From a virus (Duplodnaviria; Caudoviricetes), in the IMG/VR virus record IMGVR_UViG_3300042139_000023: a DNA stretch of 64,000 nt. One strand, 5' to 3'. Positions 26,299 to 36,047 of the stretch are shown in pieces (the first letter of the stretch is position 1; each line of letters opens with the position of its first letter). The notes below the pieces were generated by a model that was given only the letters and a program-made list of their open reading frames with translations, did no database searches and was not told where the DNA came from. The position numbers and the translations under genes are program-made.

Positions 26299-26576
26299 AG
26301 CTGATCGCCGTTGACCCATGGGACTGCGGGTGTACGGAGTGCATCACGGGCGAGTACGTGCCCCTGCGGTACGCCACGGACGAACAGGTGGCCGACCTGA
26401 TCATGGGGAGGCTGCGCAACAACCTGAACTCCGGTACCCAACTGGAGATCCACACCACGTACGCGACGGAGAACGGGAAGCTGGTTCTTCACGACGTCAC
26501 GGTGACGTACGAGCACCACGACGGAGAGACGCGGGAGTGGTCACCGGACCCGTACCGGATGGGTCTCGCCGCGTAG
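26295..26576 (+). CDS. Hypothetical protein (DCGCTEC)
   Basis: GTGA coupling. Confidence 0.75.
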   Translation: MKLIAVDPWDCGCTECITGEYVPLRYATDEQVADLIMGRLRNNLNSGTQLEIHTTYATENGKLVLHDVTVTYEHHDGETREWSPDPYRMGLAA

Positions 26577-26643
26577 CAACGCACGGAAGTCAAGGACGGA
26601 CGCCGGGCCCACACGGGCCCGGCCGGAAGGGAGAAACGAGATC

Positions 26644-27267
26644 ATGGCGCGCACCCTGGAAGGGTTTCACGACCTGCTGGCCGACCTGTTGATCAACACC
26701 CGCCGGAAGCACGACGGGCGCCCCGGACCGGGACAGCTCGGTTACCTGGGCGACGAGTCGGCCGACGCGGTGACCATGTGGCGGCACATGGCGCACCTGG
26801 CGCACTCGTACGCGAACGGGGCCGAGGTGCGCGGGATCCGGCCGACGTGGTCGGACCTGTGGGAGGACGGCATGGACCGGGAGAAGTTCCTGGCCCTGAT
26901 CGCCGACCGGTCCCGCATCCTGCGCGCCGTGAAGAGCGGGGGCGACATGGACACGATGCTCGTGGACGACTCCGTGCGGTACTGGGAGTTCACCCTGGCC
27001 CTGTCCACGGTGACGGACGACGAGAACGCCGAGTCGGCCCGGCAGAACGGGAACCGGGAGGCCGCGCGCCGGATCATGCTGGAAACGGAGATCGACCTGG
27101 CCGTGATCCGGGCGTACACGGACGTCGACATTGCGACCCTGCGGCGCACGCTGCGGGAGTGCAAGGGTGAGCGCCCCATGTCGCCGGGCGTGGACGGCAA
27201 CGGCGCCCGGAAGTGGGAGCCGCACCCGCTGTTCGACCTGATCACGGCCAACCGGCCGACGGTCTGA
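26644..27267 (+). CDS. Hypothetical protein
   Basis: RBS GAAGGGAGA. Confidence 0.8.
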   Translation: MARTLEGFHDLLADLLINTRRKHDGRPGPGQLGYLGDESADAVTMWRHMAHLAHSYANGAEVRGIRPTWSDLWEDGMDREKFLALIADRSRILRAVKSGGDMDTMLVDDSVRYWEFTLALSTVTDDENAESARQNGNREAARRIMLETEIDLAVIRAYTDVDIATLRRTLRECKGERPMSPGVDGNGARKWEPHPLFDLITANRPTV

Positions 27268-27353
27268 CATCACGGAGCGCCGCTGTTCGGGCGGGCGCGG
27301 GGCCACGGTCCCGCATCCGTCCGTGTGGTGACGGTTCACGGGAAGGGGAAGAG

Positions 27354-27659
27354 ATGCGAGCGACGACGACGGAACTCCTCCGGGCGTTCATCCAGCCGGG
27401 AGACGAGATCGCCGACAGCCGGGCCGACGTGCACGACGTGTTCAAGGTCATGCACTCCGGCTACGGGTACGCGGGAGTGCTGCTGACGCAGCGCCCGACG
27501 GGCGGCACGGGCATGTCGTACAGCGTGTGGAACGTCGGAGCGGGCGGCAGGATCACGGCCACGATGACATCCCGGGACTTCCCGGCGGTGAGCGCCGCGT
27601 TCCTGGCGCGCGTGGCGGAGAAGGTCCGGGAGGACGGCATGGGAGAGGTGACGGTGTGA
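27354..27659 (+). CDS. Hypothetical protein
   Basis: RBS GGAAGGGGAAG. Confidence 0.75.
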   Translation: MRATTTELLRAFIQPGDEIADSRADVHDVFKVMHSGYGYAGVLLTQRPTGGTGMSYSVWNVGAGGRITATMTSRDFPAVSAAFLARVAEKVREDGMGEVTV

Positions 27660-28114
27660 AGAACACGTACCTGTACCGGCTTCCGGCCGGTAAGCGGTGG
27701 CTGTGGACGGCGGGACGCGCGGGCGCGGCCGACCTGTTCCTGAACCCGGAGACGGGCGACGGGACGGATCCGGACTGGCAGGGGTACATCGGCCTGTCGA
27801 ATCACCTCGGGCACATGCAAGAGCTGTTGCACAAGGCGATCGAGGACGAGCCGCGCGTGTGCATCGGAAAGCACTACATGATCCCGGGCTCGTTCTGTGA
27901 AGTCTCGCAGGCCCGGGAGGCGGAAGCGAGCGAGACGGTACGACTGGTCACCATGTGGACGTGGGATGCGCCGGTTCTGGAAGGGACCACGCTGTCACGG
28001 CTGCGCATGACCCTGAACCGGCCGACGGACGCGGAAGGGATGAGCAGCCGGGCCGACCGCATGGCCTTCCTGGAGGAGAACAAGGGGCACCGGATCGTGC
28101 CGGTGTGGATGTGA
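27656..28114 (+). CDS. Hypothetical protein
   Basis: GTGA coupling, GAGGTGA RBS. Confidence 0.75.
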   Translation: MKNTYLYRLPAGKRWLWTAGRAGAADLFLNPETGDGTDPDWQGYIGLSNHLGHMQELLHKAIEDEPRVCIGKHYMIPGSFCEVSQAREAEASETVRLVTMWTWDAPVLEGTTLSRLRMTLNRPTDAEGMSSRADRMAFLEENKGHRIVPVWM

Positions 28115-28200
28115 CGGAGCGCAGTGCTTCGGGCCTGCACGGGAGTGATTCCGTGCGGGTCCGTGGTGCCGGGCGGTCCGGCCGGAAGGGAGATTGAACC

Positions 28201-28692
28201 ATGGGCAAGACGCTGGATGAGTTGCTGCACGGGCCGAGCGCGCTCCCCGTGCTGGTCAAGGCCGACGGGACGTTCGAGACGGCGGTGTACCCGCCCGCGA
28301 CTCTCGCCGACTACGCGCCGGAGTCGATCGACGTCGACTATGAAGGCTCGTTCGAGGACGGGCAGATTCTCGACCACCACGAGCGGGACGCGATCGAGTC
28401 CGTCAAGGACGGGTGGACCGTGCTGACGGGATGGTCGGCCGATCCGTCCCTGTTCATCATGCGCAACGACCAGTACATCGGCGGGGCCCTGGCCGAGCAC
28501 ATCGCCGGGACGCCCGGACTGTGGGCGATCGTCTCCGTGGAGATGCACCCGCCCACGTGCGGCGCCGGGAAGGACGGGATGCCGTGCCCGGAGTGGGACG
28601 AGCACGAGACGTGCGAGCACGCCGAGGGCGGCGAGTCCGACGGTGTCGGGTGGGCGCTGGTTCACCGGGAGCCGCAGGGCGAGAACGCCTGA
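28201..28692 (+). CDS. Acidic hypothetical protein
   Basis: RBS GAAGGGAGA; D/E-rich. Confidence 0.8.
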   Translation: MGKTLDELLHGPSALPVLVKADGTFETAVYPPATLADYAPESIDVDYEGSFEDGQILDHHERDAIESVKDGWTVLTGWSADPSLFIMRNDQYIGGALAEHIAGTPGLWAIVSVEMHPPTCGAGKDGMPCPEWDEHETCEHAEGGESDGVGWALVHREPQGENA

Positions 28693-28707
28693 CCGGAGGG
28701 GACGGAA

Positions 28708-29337
28708 GTGCTGTACGCGATCTACGTTCCGACCGCCCGCACCCCGACGTCCGGTCTGGAAGTCGAGCGCCTGCCCTCACGGGAGCAGGCGGGGCGGTGC
28801 CTGCTGGAACGTAACCTCTTGGGCGCCGGGCGGACCTGGTTCCTGGGAGATGAGCCCTCCCGGTACGGAGCGTACCGGCCGGTGCGGGAGTGGGCCGACG
28901 CGGACGAGACCGGCTACATGCGGGTCTTCCTGCGCAAGGCCACGGAGCCGGTTCCCCGGCCGCTGGACACGCCTCATGAGGAGTGGCTGGTCAACCCGGG
29001 AGGCAAGCGCGGGGTCGTGGTCCGACTCCCGTGGGAGGCGGCCGACGGGGAAGTGGTCCGGCTGCTCAAGGACGGGTTGCGGGTGCTGCCGTCCGGTACG
29101 GCCCCGGCTCCGGCCCCTCGGAGCCGGACGGTCACGGCACCCACGCCGCTGGTCGTGGCACCCCGACCGGTCTGCGGGAGTTGCTTTCAGGTCAAGCATC
29201 CTACGGCCGGGTGCGGTTGCCCGGATACGGGCGCGGCCCTGGTGATGGAGATGCAGCGGCCGACCCGGGACGGATGGGAGGAATGCCCGGGGTGCGGCAA
29301 GGCGGTATCCGCGTACGCGCGGTGTGGTTGTTCGTGA
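28708..29337 (+). CDS. Hypothetical protein with C-terminal Zn-ribbons
   Basis: CGSC...CGC, CPGC...CGC. Confidence 0.75.
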   Translation: MLYAIYVPTARTPTSGLEVERLPSREQAGRCLLERNLLGAGRTWFLGDEPSRYGAYRPVREWADADETGYMRVFLRKATEPVPRPLDTPHEEWLVNPGGKRGVVVRLPWEAADGEVVRLLKDGLRVLPSGTAPAPAPRSRTVTAPTPLVVAPRPVCGSCFQVKHPTAGCGCPDTGAALVMEMQRPTRDGWEECPGCGKAVSAYARCGCS

Positions 29338-29363
29338 TCAGATCAGGCAAGGGAGAGGGACGT

Positions 29364-29630
29364 ATGAGCAGCGGAAGCGGACCCCGGGAGATCGTCGTGC
29401 GGCGTAAGCAGCACGCATCGCATGGCGTGCCGACGATGGGCTTCGGCGCCCGGGACATGCAGACGGGTGCGCACATCTGGCTTCCGTCCCCGATCAAGGA
29501 CGGTGACCGGTTCACGGAGGGCCGGGAGTCGGCGGAGATCGTCGCCCGGAAGCTGCTGCCGGACGGCGCGCGGCTGCTGTGGGACCGGGACACCCCGGAG
29601 ACGTACGTCTTCACGGTGGCCGGTGCATGA
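29364..29630 (+). CDS. Hypothetical protein
   Basis: RBS AAGGGAGAGGG. Confidence 0.7.
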   Translation: MSSGSGPREIVVRRKQHASHGVPTMGFGARDMQTGAHIWLPSPIKDGDRFTEGRESAEIVARKLLPDGARLLWDRDTPETYVFTVAGA

Positions 29631-29737
29631 TCTTCGGTCTCGTGTTCGTCCTGTACTTCGGGTGTGGGCTGGCCTGCATGGGCCTGCGGTACCTGTGGGC
29701 GGGACTGCGCAAGATCAGAGACGGCAAGGCTGGGTGA
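29627..29737 (+). CDS. 36-aa membrane peptide
   Basis: ATGA coupling; hydrophobic N-terminus, basic tail. Confidence 0.55.
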   Translation: MIFGLVFVLYFGCGLACMGLRYLWAGLRKIRDGKAG

Positions 29738-29750
29738 TCTGAGGCATTCG

Positions 29751-29791
29751 GGAGGATTCGGGGCCGGGTTCGGCCCGGTTCCGAGTCTTCC
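29751..29791 (+). ncRNA. GGAG...UUCC hairpin, family 1 (copy E)
   Basis: 18-bp stem with four G-U pairs and no mismatches. Confidence 0.65.
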
Positions 29792-29818
29792 AGTGTGTTC
29801 CTGATCGGTCGAATGGTC

Positions 29819-30244
29819 ATGAACCGGACGGAAAGGATGGAAGCGGTGGAAGCTGCGCGAATGAAGTTCACGGCGGCGTTCGTCGAGGAAGTGGCGGCCC
29901 GGGTCGAGAAGATCACGGGTGGCATGTTCAAGCTGGGACCGGTCGGCTCGCACCCGGAGCACGGGACGTCGTACGCCGACGCGCGGGATGACCGGGTGTG
30001 GTACGGCCCGCAGGGTGCCCGGCAGGCGTGCGCGTTCTACACGGCCGCCGCCATGCGGTACCTGCACCTGATGGGCATCGAGCCCGACGGGGACGACGGT
30101 GAGTTCCTGCTGGCCGTGCAGGTGGCGTACTCCCGCTACGGGGCCACGGCCCGGGAGCGTGTCGACTACCACGAGTGGGAGATGCGGGGCGGTGACCGGG
30201 CGCAGGAACTGATCAACGCCGCCGAGGGCGACGCGCGCAACTGA
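29819..30244 (+). CDS. Hypothetical protein
   Basis: In-frame ORF in the co-oriented gene array; start uncertain. Confidence 0.75.
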   Translation: MNRTERMEAVEAARMKFTAAFVEEVAARVEKITGGMFKLGPVGSHPEHGTSYADARDDRVWYGPQGARQACAFYTAAAMRYLHLMGIEPDGDDGEFLLAVQVAYSRYGATARERVDYHEWEMRGGDRAQELINAAEGDARN

Positions 30245-30277
30245 CCAGCGGTACACGACGGAAGGGAAGAACGGGAC

Positions 30278-30796
30278 ATGACGAACCTGATCACGCTGGA
30301 GAACGGCAACCAGGTCGAGCCGGGATGCTGGTTCGACGGGGCGCACGGGTGGACGAACTCATACCGGGTCGTCGACCTGGCCGTGCACCACGGGATGGAG
30401 CTGGACGCCGAGGATGCGGCGGTCGTCGAGTGGTACCGCAGCTCCGGCGACTCCGACGCGGACGCCTCGGACGACGAGCTGAGCAAGCTGGAAGCGATGA
30501 CCGGTCAGGGCGGCCTCTCCGACAAGGCGACGGACTACCTGATGGAGCAGCTTCCCGAGGGCTGGACGCTGCGCTGGGACGACGGCCTGACCTGCCTGCG
30601 GGACTGGGAGGACTGCGCGGCCGACGGCAACGGGTGCGAGGTCGACGTGGACACGGCCGGGAACATCGTGCTGGTCAAACGGTGTGCCGATCACAACCCC
30701 TGCGAGGGTCACGTCGACACGGACGACGCGCTGACCTCCGGCGTGGGCATTGGTGAGGCCGTCTACTGCGACGGGTCGTGCGTCCCGCAGAGCTGA
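30278..30796 (+). CDS. Highly acidic hypothetical protein
   Basis: RBS GAAGGGAAG; GCWFDG motif; D/E-rich. Confidence 0.8.
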   Translation: MTNLITLENGNQVEPGCWFDGAHGWTNSYRVVDLAVHHGMELDAEDAAVVEWYRSSGDSDADASDDELSKLEAMTGQGGLSDKATDYLMEQLPEGWTLRWDDGLTCLRDWEDCAADGNGCEVDVDTAGNIVLVKRCADHNPCEGHVDTDDALTSGVGIGEAVYCDGSCVPQS

Positions 30797-30869
30797 CCAT
30801 CCGCGCGCTTCGGGCGGGCATCCGGGAGACCGGGTGCCCCACCGTGGACCACGGAAGGGAGATCGGGAA

Positions 30870-31397
30870 GTGATCGAGATCAAGGACAAGAACACGTATC
30901 CGCTGAGCCTGTGGCGCGAAGCGCTGGAGGTGGCGGAGGTCGCCGAGTTCTGCCCCATCGACACCCGGGAGCACAACGGCGGGGAGCTGGGGGCGCTCGG
31001 GGCGTGGCTCTGTGACGAGCTGTACGGCAAGCCCGTGAATCCGAACAACGTGCGGGAGGACACGGGCGAGATCGTCACCGAGAACATCATCGACGGCGCG
31101 CTCTCGGTGCTCGACCAGGAGGACCGGGAAGCGCTCACTCCGGCCGACCTGCGCAGGGTCATCGAGTCCTACCGAGGCGAGACCTTCGACGACTTCGAAG
31201 AGCTGGCCCGGGACTACGCCGAGACCGACTACATCGGCCCGGACGACGAGAACCCGGCGCTCACGGAGTGGGAGGGGTTCAACTCCCCCGAGGACTTCGA
31301 ACGCTGGTACACGAAGTACGGCACGGGAGAGGGCGAGGTCTGCGGGGAGATCCGTGCGGGCGGGACCCTGATCTGGTTCGACAAGTTCAAGTGGTGA
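30870..31397 (+). CDS. ArdA-like acidic antirestriction (DNA mimic) candidate
   Basis: IESYRGETFDDFEELARDYAETDY resembles the ArdA C-terminal Y-x-G...E..A...E repeat; acidic. Confidence 0.5.
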   Translation: MIEIKDKNTYPLSLWREALEVAEVAEFCPIDTREHNGGELGALGAWLCDELYGKPVNPNNVREDTGEIVTENIIDGALSVLDQEDREALTPADLRRVIESYRGETFDDFEELARDYAETDYIGPDDENPALTEWEGFNSPEDFERWYTKYGTGEGEVCGEIRAGGTLIWFDKFKW

Positions 31398-31406
31398 GGT
31401 GACGGG

Positions 31407-31646
31407 ATGCGCGGATCGTACGACGACATGGCGGACTGGCAGTACCGGGAGCAGAACCCGGGGTACGAGCGGGAGGTCGGCCTGACGGCCTCCGACCTGG
31501 AGGACTGCGACCCGGAGATCGCCGTTCTGGTGGCGGAGAAGTACGCCCACGACAACGGCAAGCGCCGGGAGGGCAACCTGCGCACGCGCATCGCCACGCT
31601 GGAGGCGGCGCTGGAAGACGCCGGGGTGGAGATCCCGGAGGGCTGA
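31407..31646 (+). CDS. Hypothetical protein, coiled C-terminus
   Basis: GAGGTGA RBS. Confidence 0.7.
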   Translation: MRGSYDDMADWQYREQNPGYEREVGLTASDLEDCDPEIAVLVAEKYAHDNGKRREGNLRTRIATLEAALEDAGVEIPEG

Positions 31647-31737
31647 TCACCATGTGATTCAGGGGCGCACGGGAGGGGGCCCGTGCACGCCTGTGTCCCA
31701 CGGTGGGGCGCAAGGACGTGACGGAGAGGGAGAAGAC

Positions 31738-32280
31738 GTGAGGAAGCTGAAGGACGTTCTGGGCAGGGCACTCGGGCGCAGCGAACACGCGCCGGAGCCG
31801 GGCGTGATCGGGTCCATCGAGGGCACGGAGGCGGGCAACCTGGCCATCCGGATCGGCCGGTGGCTGCGGTCCGGCGGGTGGGAGCAGAAGGAGTACGTCG
31901 TCCTCACCTCGGAGGAGAGGGACGAGCTGATCGGCGTGCTGGAGTCCCACCAGGGTTACCGCACGGTCAAGTGCGGCGACATCGTCGGCGTGGGCTCCAT
32001 CGTCCTGGCCGTGCAGTACGCGAACGGCGCGGGCGGCGGGGAGCGGCGCATCGGCACGGCCCTGGCGTGGACCGACCACAAGCGGGAGTACGTGGTCTAC
32101 ACCATCGACCCGTACGGCGAGGTGAGCAACGGGACGTACACCTTCGACGAGCAGCGGGCGCTGAACGCGTACATCGCCCGGTCGAACGACCACCTGTTCC
32201 GCCACTTCAACGCCAAGCCCCCGGCCATCACGTACGCCCACGTGGCGGAGCGGGACGTCCTGAAGGGGGACAAGGCGTGA
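31738..32280 (+). CDS. Hypothetical protein
   Basis: RBS GAGAGGGAGAAG. Confidence 0.75.
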   Translation: MRKLKDVLGRALGRSEHAPEPGVIGSIEGTEAGNLAIRIGRWLRSGGWEQKEYVVLTSEERDELIGVLESHQGYRTVKCGDIVGVGSIVLAVQYANGAGGGERRIGTALAWTDHKREYVVYTIDPYGEVSNGTYTFDEQRALNAYIARSNDHLFRHFNAKPPAITYAHVAERDVLKGDKA

Positions 32281-32852
32281 GCAGCGGACTGACGGGCCTG
32301 CGGGTCAAGGTCGGGCTGGCCGAGCGGCCGGTCTACGGTGTCGCCCGGGTCCGGTACAACGAGGGCCACACGCACGCCGGGAAGTACGAGATCGAGACGG
32401 CCGACGGGACGTCTTTCCTCGCCCCGTTCGACACGTGCAGGCCCGGCGACAACTGGGACGTCACGCCGGAAGAGGGGCGGTTCACGGGAGCGGAGATCTT
32501 CCGGCCGAACTTCCTGGACGGCACCGGCAAGGAGTTCCTGAGCCGGAGCCCCGGAGTCATCGTGCCCGGGAGCATGGCGCAGATGTGGAAGCTGCTCGAC
32601 CCGGTCCGCAAGGGCTGGACGGTCGAGTGGTTCGGCCGTGGCGCCAACGAGTTCCGGGGCACGCTCACGGTCGCCGAGCGGGAAGAGGCGGCGTTCCGGC
32701 TGACCGGGAAGTACCCGTTCCACTACGTGTGGCCGCAGGTGGGAGAGGAGTTCGAGGTCGACGGCAACACGCTGCACGAGGTGCGGGTGCCGCCGAAGAG
32801 GACCGGGAAGCACCCGTCCCGGTCCCTGTCGCTCACGTTCCACCGGCCCTGA
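32277..32852 (+). CDS. Hypothetical protein
   Basis: GTGA coupling. Confidence 0.75.
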   Translation: MSSGLTGLRVKVGLAERPVYGVARVRYNEGHTHAGKYEIETADGTSFLAPFDTCRPGDNWDVTPEEGRFTGAEIFRPNFLDGTGKEFLSRSPGVIVPGSMAQMWKLLDPVRKGWTVEWFGRGANEFRGTLTVAEREEAAFRLTGKYPFHYVWPQVGEEFEVDGNTLHEVRVPPKRTGKHPSRSLSLTFHRP

Positions 32853-32869
32853 CGGAAAGAGGGAAGAGC

Positions 32870-33148
32870 ATGGAAAGCGGAAGCAGCCGATACCCGGCGA
32901 TGTCGTACGACAAGCTGAACGAGGGGTGGGAGGTCCGGGCGGAGCCGATCACGCAGATCCGCATCGCCTCGGAGCTGGCCCCCTGCGTGAACGCCGGGAT
33001 GGCCGTGCGCGGCGGCCCGCTGCGGGCGCAGCTCCCCGACGGTTCGTCCGGCCGGGAGATCGGCGCCGTGTCGATCGTGTGGAGTCAGACCGAGCAGGAC
33101 GACGGCAGTCGTACGGTGCTCGGGTGGTACGAGTCCGGGCGGAACTGA
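32870..33148 (+). CDS. Hypothetical protein
   Basis: RBS GAAAGAGGGAAG. Confidence 0.75.
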   Translation: MESGSSRYPAMSYDKLNEGWEVRAEPITQIRIASELAPCVNAGMAVRGGPLRAQLPDGSSGREIGAVSIVWSQTEQDDGSRTVLGWYESGRN

Positions 33149-33179
33149 CACCCGGGTGGCGGCCCGTGCACGGTGCCGC

Positions 33180-33195
33180 TAGTCTGGCCTAGGCC
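33180..33195 (+). promoter_or_regulatory. -10-like TAGTCT abutting the GGCCTAGGCC palindrome (copy 4)
   Basis: TAGTCT 33180-33185, palindrome 33186-33195. Confidence 0.6.
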
Positions 33196-33282
33196 GACGG
33201 GTTCGGGAGCGGCCGGTCCTGCGGGATCGGCCGCTGACGTGCCGTGTCGGACGGCGGAGTTGAATCGGAGAGGGAGAAGAGC

Positions 33283-33633
33283 ATGGGGACGTACGTCACC
33301 GACGGTGAGAACGAGATCGGCGTTGCCCTGACGGACTCGTGGGCGGCCGTGTGGACCGTCGACACGCAGTACATCGAGGTCATCCGGCGCGACTTCTGGG
33401 ACGAGCACAGCGAGGCGATCAAGGCGGCGGCCAAGCGGGGCCGCGACTTCACCGACGAGGACGGCCACAACGGCACCGTCGCGGTGATCAGCACGGACGG
33501 CGACCTGGACGACGAGGGCTTCCCGAAGGAGTTCGACGACGCCTCGGAGTACGTCGCCGACGAGCTGTCCTCGTGGACCAGGTCGGACGGTGGCGCGTAC
33601 GAGCGGGCCACCGTTCAGGGCTACAGCTACTGA
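33283..33633 (+). CDS. Highly acidic small protein (DNA-mimic candidate)
   Basis: About 27 D/E versus 9 K/R in 116 aa (hand count). Confidence 0.75.
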   Translation: MGTYVTDGENEIGVALTDSWAAVWTVDTQYIEVIRRDFWDEHSEAIKAAAKRGRDFTDEDGHNGTVAVISTDGDLDDEGFPKEFDDASEYVADELSSWTRSDGGAYERATVQGYSY

Positions 33634-33646
33634 CGGGAGCGGCGGG

Positions 33647-34099
33647 ATGCACGGGGAGCTGATCAGGTACACGTGGGCACCGAACCCCGGGATGGCCTGG
33701 GGTCTGGTCCATCTGTCGCAGGGCAGGGACGGCGACATGATCGGCGCCTTCGTGTACGAGGACCGCGATGCGGCCCTGAAGGGCGACAAGCGGGCCGGAT
33801 CCACGCTGTACCGGGTGGTGCGGCAGATCCGGCCCGCCGACCAGAGCACCGGAACCCCGGACGCCGGGGCCTACGCCTTCGTGTGCAGCTCAGCCACGGA
33901 GTACACCATCTGGACGAAGCCCACGGTGAACGACGTGGGCGGGAGCGAGTACGACGGGGTGTGGTCCTTCCGGGACGCACCGGCCGCCGTGGAACGCACC
34001 GGATGGGCGAACAAGGAGAACGCACGGTACGAGGGACCGGATAACCCCCGGTTCGCAACGTTCCTGCTCACGTGGGACGTGACGGAAGAGGAGAAGTGA
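33647..34099 (+). CDS. Hypothetical protein
   Basis: Co-oriented ORF; start uncertain. Confidence 0.7.
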   Translation: MHGELIRYTWAPNPGMAWGLVHLSQGRDGDMIGAFVYEDRDAALKGDKRAGSTLYRVVRQIRPADQSTGTPDAGAYAFVCSSATEYTIWTKPTVNDVGGSEYDGVWSFRDAPAAVERTGWANKENARYEGPDNPRFATFLLTWDVTEEEK

Positions 34100-34100
34100 C

Positions 34101-34661
34101 GTGGCTCAGACACTGCGCGGGATTCAGATGTTCGACCGGGGCGACCGGGTCGAGATCGGGGAGGGCGAACTGGCCACAGTCGAGCACGACATGGGCGGCG
34201 AGGTCGTCCATGTGCACCCGGACGGGAGCCGGAGCCGGTACCCGCACGACGCCATGCCGGTCGCCCGGGAGGGCGTGAAGCTGACCCGGCAGACCGAGAA
34301 CGGCGAAGAGGTTCAGGTCGAGATCTACTCGAACGGCTCCACGCACACGCTGTACGAGTGCTGCGGATACGACGAGTGCCGGGAGCTGATCCTGGTCAAG
34401 GGTCTCGGGATCGACCGGGCGGAGGCGTTCGCCGGGGACCGGTTCGTGGTCGAGGTCGAGGGTGAGCCGGTACGGATCACGGTCAAGCCGCTCGACGATC
34501 CGTCCTCGTGCATCTGGTGCTACGGGTGCGGCGACTTCCTCGCGCACGGCGAGGGCTGCGAGTGCGAAGACCGGGGCCACAACCCCGAGGCCGACCGGGA
34601 GCCGATGCGCCCGCTGGTCGTGGAGAAGGACGGGCGACTGGAACTGACGCCCTTCAACTGA
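34101..34661 (+). CDS. Hypothetical protein with SH3-like N-terminus and Cys cluster
   Basis: FDRGDRVEI...; CIWCYGC...CEC. Confidence 0.7.
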   Translation: MAQTLRGIQMFDRGDRVEIGEGELATVEHDMGGEVVHVHPDGSRSRYPHDAMPVAREGVKLTRQTENGEEVQVEIYSNGSTHTLYECCGYDECRELILVKGLGIDRAEAFAGDRFVVEVEGEPVRITVKPLDDPSSCIWCYGCGDFLAHGEGCECEDRGHNPEADREPMRPLVVEKDGRLELTPFN

Positions 34662-34664
34662 GCG

Positions 34665-34713
34665 GAGACGCCCTAGGGTTCCCGGCCGCGCGCCGGGGGC
34701 CCGGGAGTGTCGC
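34665..34713 (+). ncRNA. Intergenic structured element, family 2 (copy b)
   Basis: GAGACGCCCTA-GGGTTCCCGGC/GCCGGGGGCCC-GGGAGTGTCGC. Confidence 0.55.
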
Positions 34714-34749
34714 TGATCGGGCGATGCCGGAACGGAGAAGGAGAACGGG

Positions 34750-35340
34750 ATGACCGAGATGGACGTGCTGGAGACGGCGGGCCGCTACCGGGTGCGCCTG
34801 GTGGTTCAGCAGGACTCGCAGGACTGCAACCCCCGGACCGAACAGGACTGCAACCTGACGAACGTGATCACCCCGAAGGGTCAGCGGTACATCGACGTCG
34901 ACAAGGACGGCGGGCCGTTGGCGGAGGGGTGGGAGCGGATCGAGGACCGGTACGTGGACGCGGTCCCCGTCTTCACCCGGTGGGCCAAGATCTTCCACGG
35001 TGCCACGGTCGTCGAGGACCGGCCGCACGACGGTGCCTGGTCGATCTGGTACGTGATGCCGGAGAAGCTGGCCGAGACCACGTGGACCGCCGAGAAGGTC
35101 ATCGAGTCGGAGCAGACCGAGTACCGGCGATGGGCCGAGGGTGAGGTGTACGGCCACATCGTCGAGAAGGACGTGACCCGCATCCCCCGGGACGCCGAGG
35201 ATCGAGACGACCCGGAGCTGGACGACGAGACGCGCGAGTGGGAAGAGGTCGACTCGTGCTGGGGCTACATCGGCCGGGAGTACGCCGAGGAGGCGGCCCG
35301 CGAGGGGTTCGCCCCGTACGCCGAGGAGGCCGGGAAGTGA
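34750..35340 (+). CDS. Acidic conserved-type phage protein (W.EGEVYG...DSCWGY.G)
   Basis: Recognisable motif pattern; RBS GAGAAGGAG. Confidence 0.8.
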   Translation: MTEMDVLETAGRYRVRLVVQQDSQDCNPRTEQDCNLTNVITPKGQRYIDVDKDGGPLAEGWERIEDRYVDAVPVFTRWAKIFHGATVVEDRPHDGAWSIWYVMPEKLAETTWTAEKVIESEQTEYRRWAEGEVYGHIVEKDVTRIPRDAEDRDDPELDDETREWEEVDSCWGYIGREYAEEAAREGFAPYAEEAGK

Positions 35341-35645
35341 AGCGGGAGACACGAGAGATCGCCCCGATGACGGTGACCCGGATCGTCCGGGGCAGGCCGC
35401 CGGGGCACATCGGACCGTACTGGTTCGGCTTCGACATCAAGGTGACCGGCCCGGCGGACGGAGCGTACGTGAGCGCCCGCGCCCGCGCCCTGGCCATGAC
35501 CGACGCGCAAGCCCTGTGCAACGAGGTGAACGCGCCGGGCCTGGTGCTCCAGTTCGAGCGGGCCGGTAACTGGGACGACCCGAGACAGTACGAGTGCACG
35601 ATCAGCTTCGGTACGAGCCTTTCCGTGGAGGAGGACCCGCTGTGA
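35337..35645 (+). CDS. Hypothetical protein
   Basis: GTGA coupling. Confidence 0.7.
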   Translation: MKRETREIAPMTVTRIVRGRPPGHIGPYWFGFDIKVTGPADGAYVSARARALAMTDAQALCNEVNAPGLVLQFERAGNWDDPRQYECTISFGTSLSVEEDPL

Positions 35646-35968
35646 GCGGTGACAACGTGTGGACCCTGCCCGACGGGACGGAGCTGGTCTACCAGGACGG
35701 CGATCACGTCACGATCGACATCGACCCCGGTTCACCGTCGGCCCTGAGCCTGCCGTTCCTGAGCGGCTACGTGCGGGGGTACGACGCCGTGATCGAGGAC
35801 GGCGGCCCGGCGAAGGTGGCGTACACGCTGTACAACGTCGGGAACAACCCGCTGGTCGGCGTGCGGGAGGACCGGCTGAAGAAGACGGTCAGCCGGTTCG
35901 GCATCGGCCACGGCCGGGGTGCGCACGGGGACGGCAAGGCGTGCCACCTGTGCGGTGCGAATCTCTGA
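35642..35968 (+). CDS. Hypothetical protein
   Basis: GTGA coupling, GGAGGAGG RBS. Confidence 0.75.
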   Translation: MSGDNVWTLPDGTELVYQDGDHVTIDIDPGSPSALSLPFLSGYVRGYDAVIEDGGPAKVAYTLYNVGNNPLVGVREDRLKKTVSRFGIGHGRGAHGDGKACHLCGANL

Positions 35969-35972
35969 GCGG

Positions 35973-36020
35973 GAGGCGCCCTAGGGTGACCGGCTGCGGC
36001 CGGTCACCCGGGAGTGCCGC
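35973..36020 (+). ncRNA. Intergenic structured element, family 2 (copy c)
   Basis: GAGGCGCCCTA-GGGTGACCGGC-tgcg-GCCGGTCACCC-GGGAGTGCCGC. Confidence 0.55.
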
Positions 36021-36047
36021 TCGATCGAGCGGACGGAGAGGGAGAAG

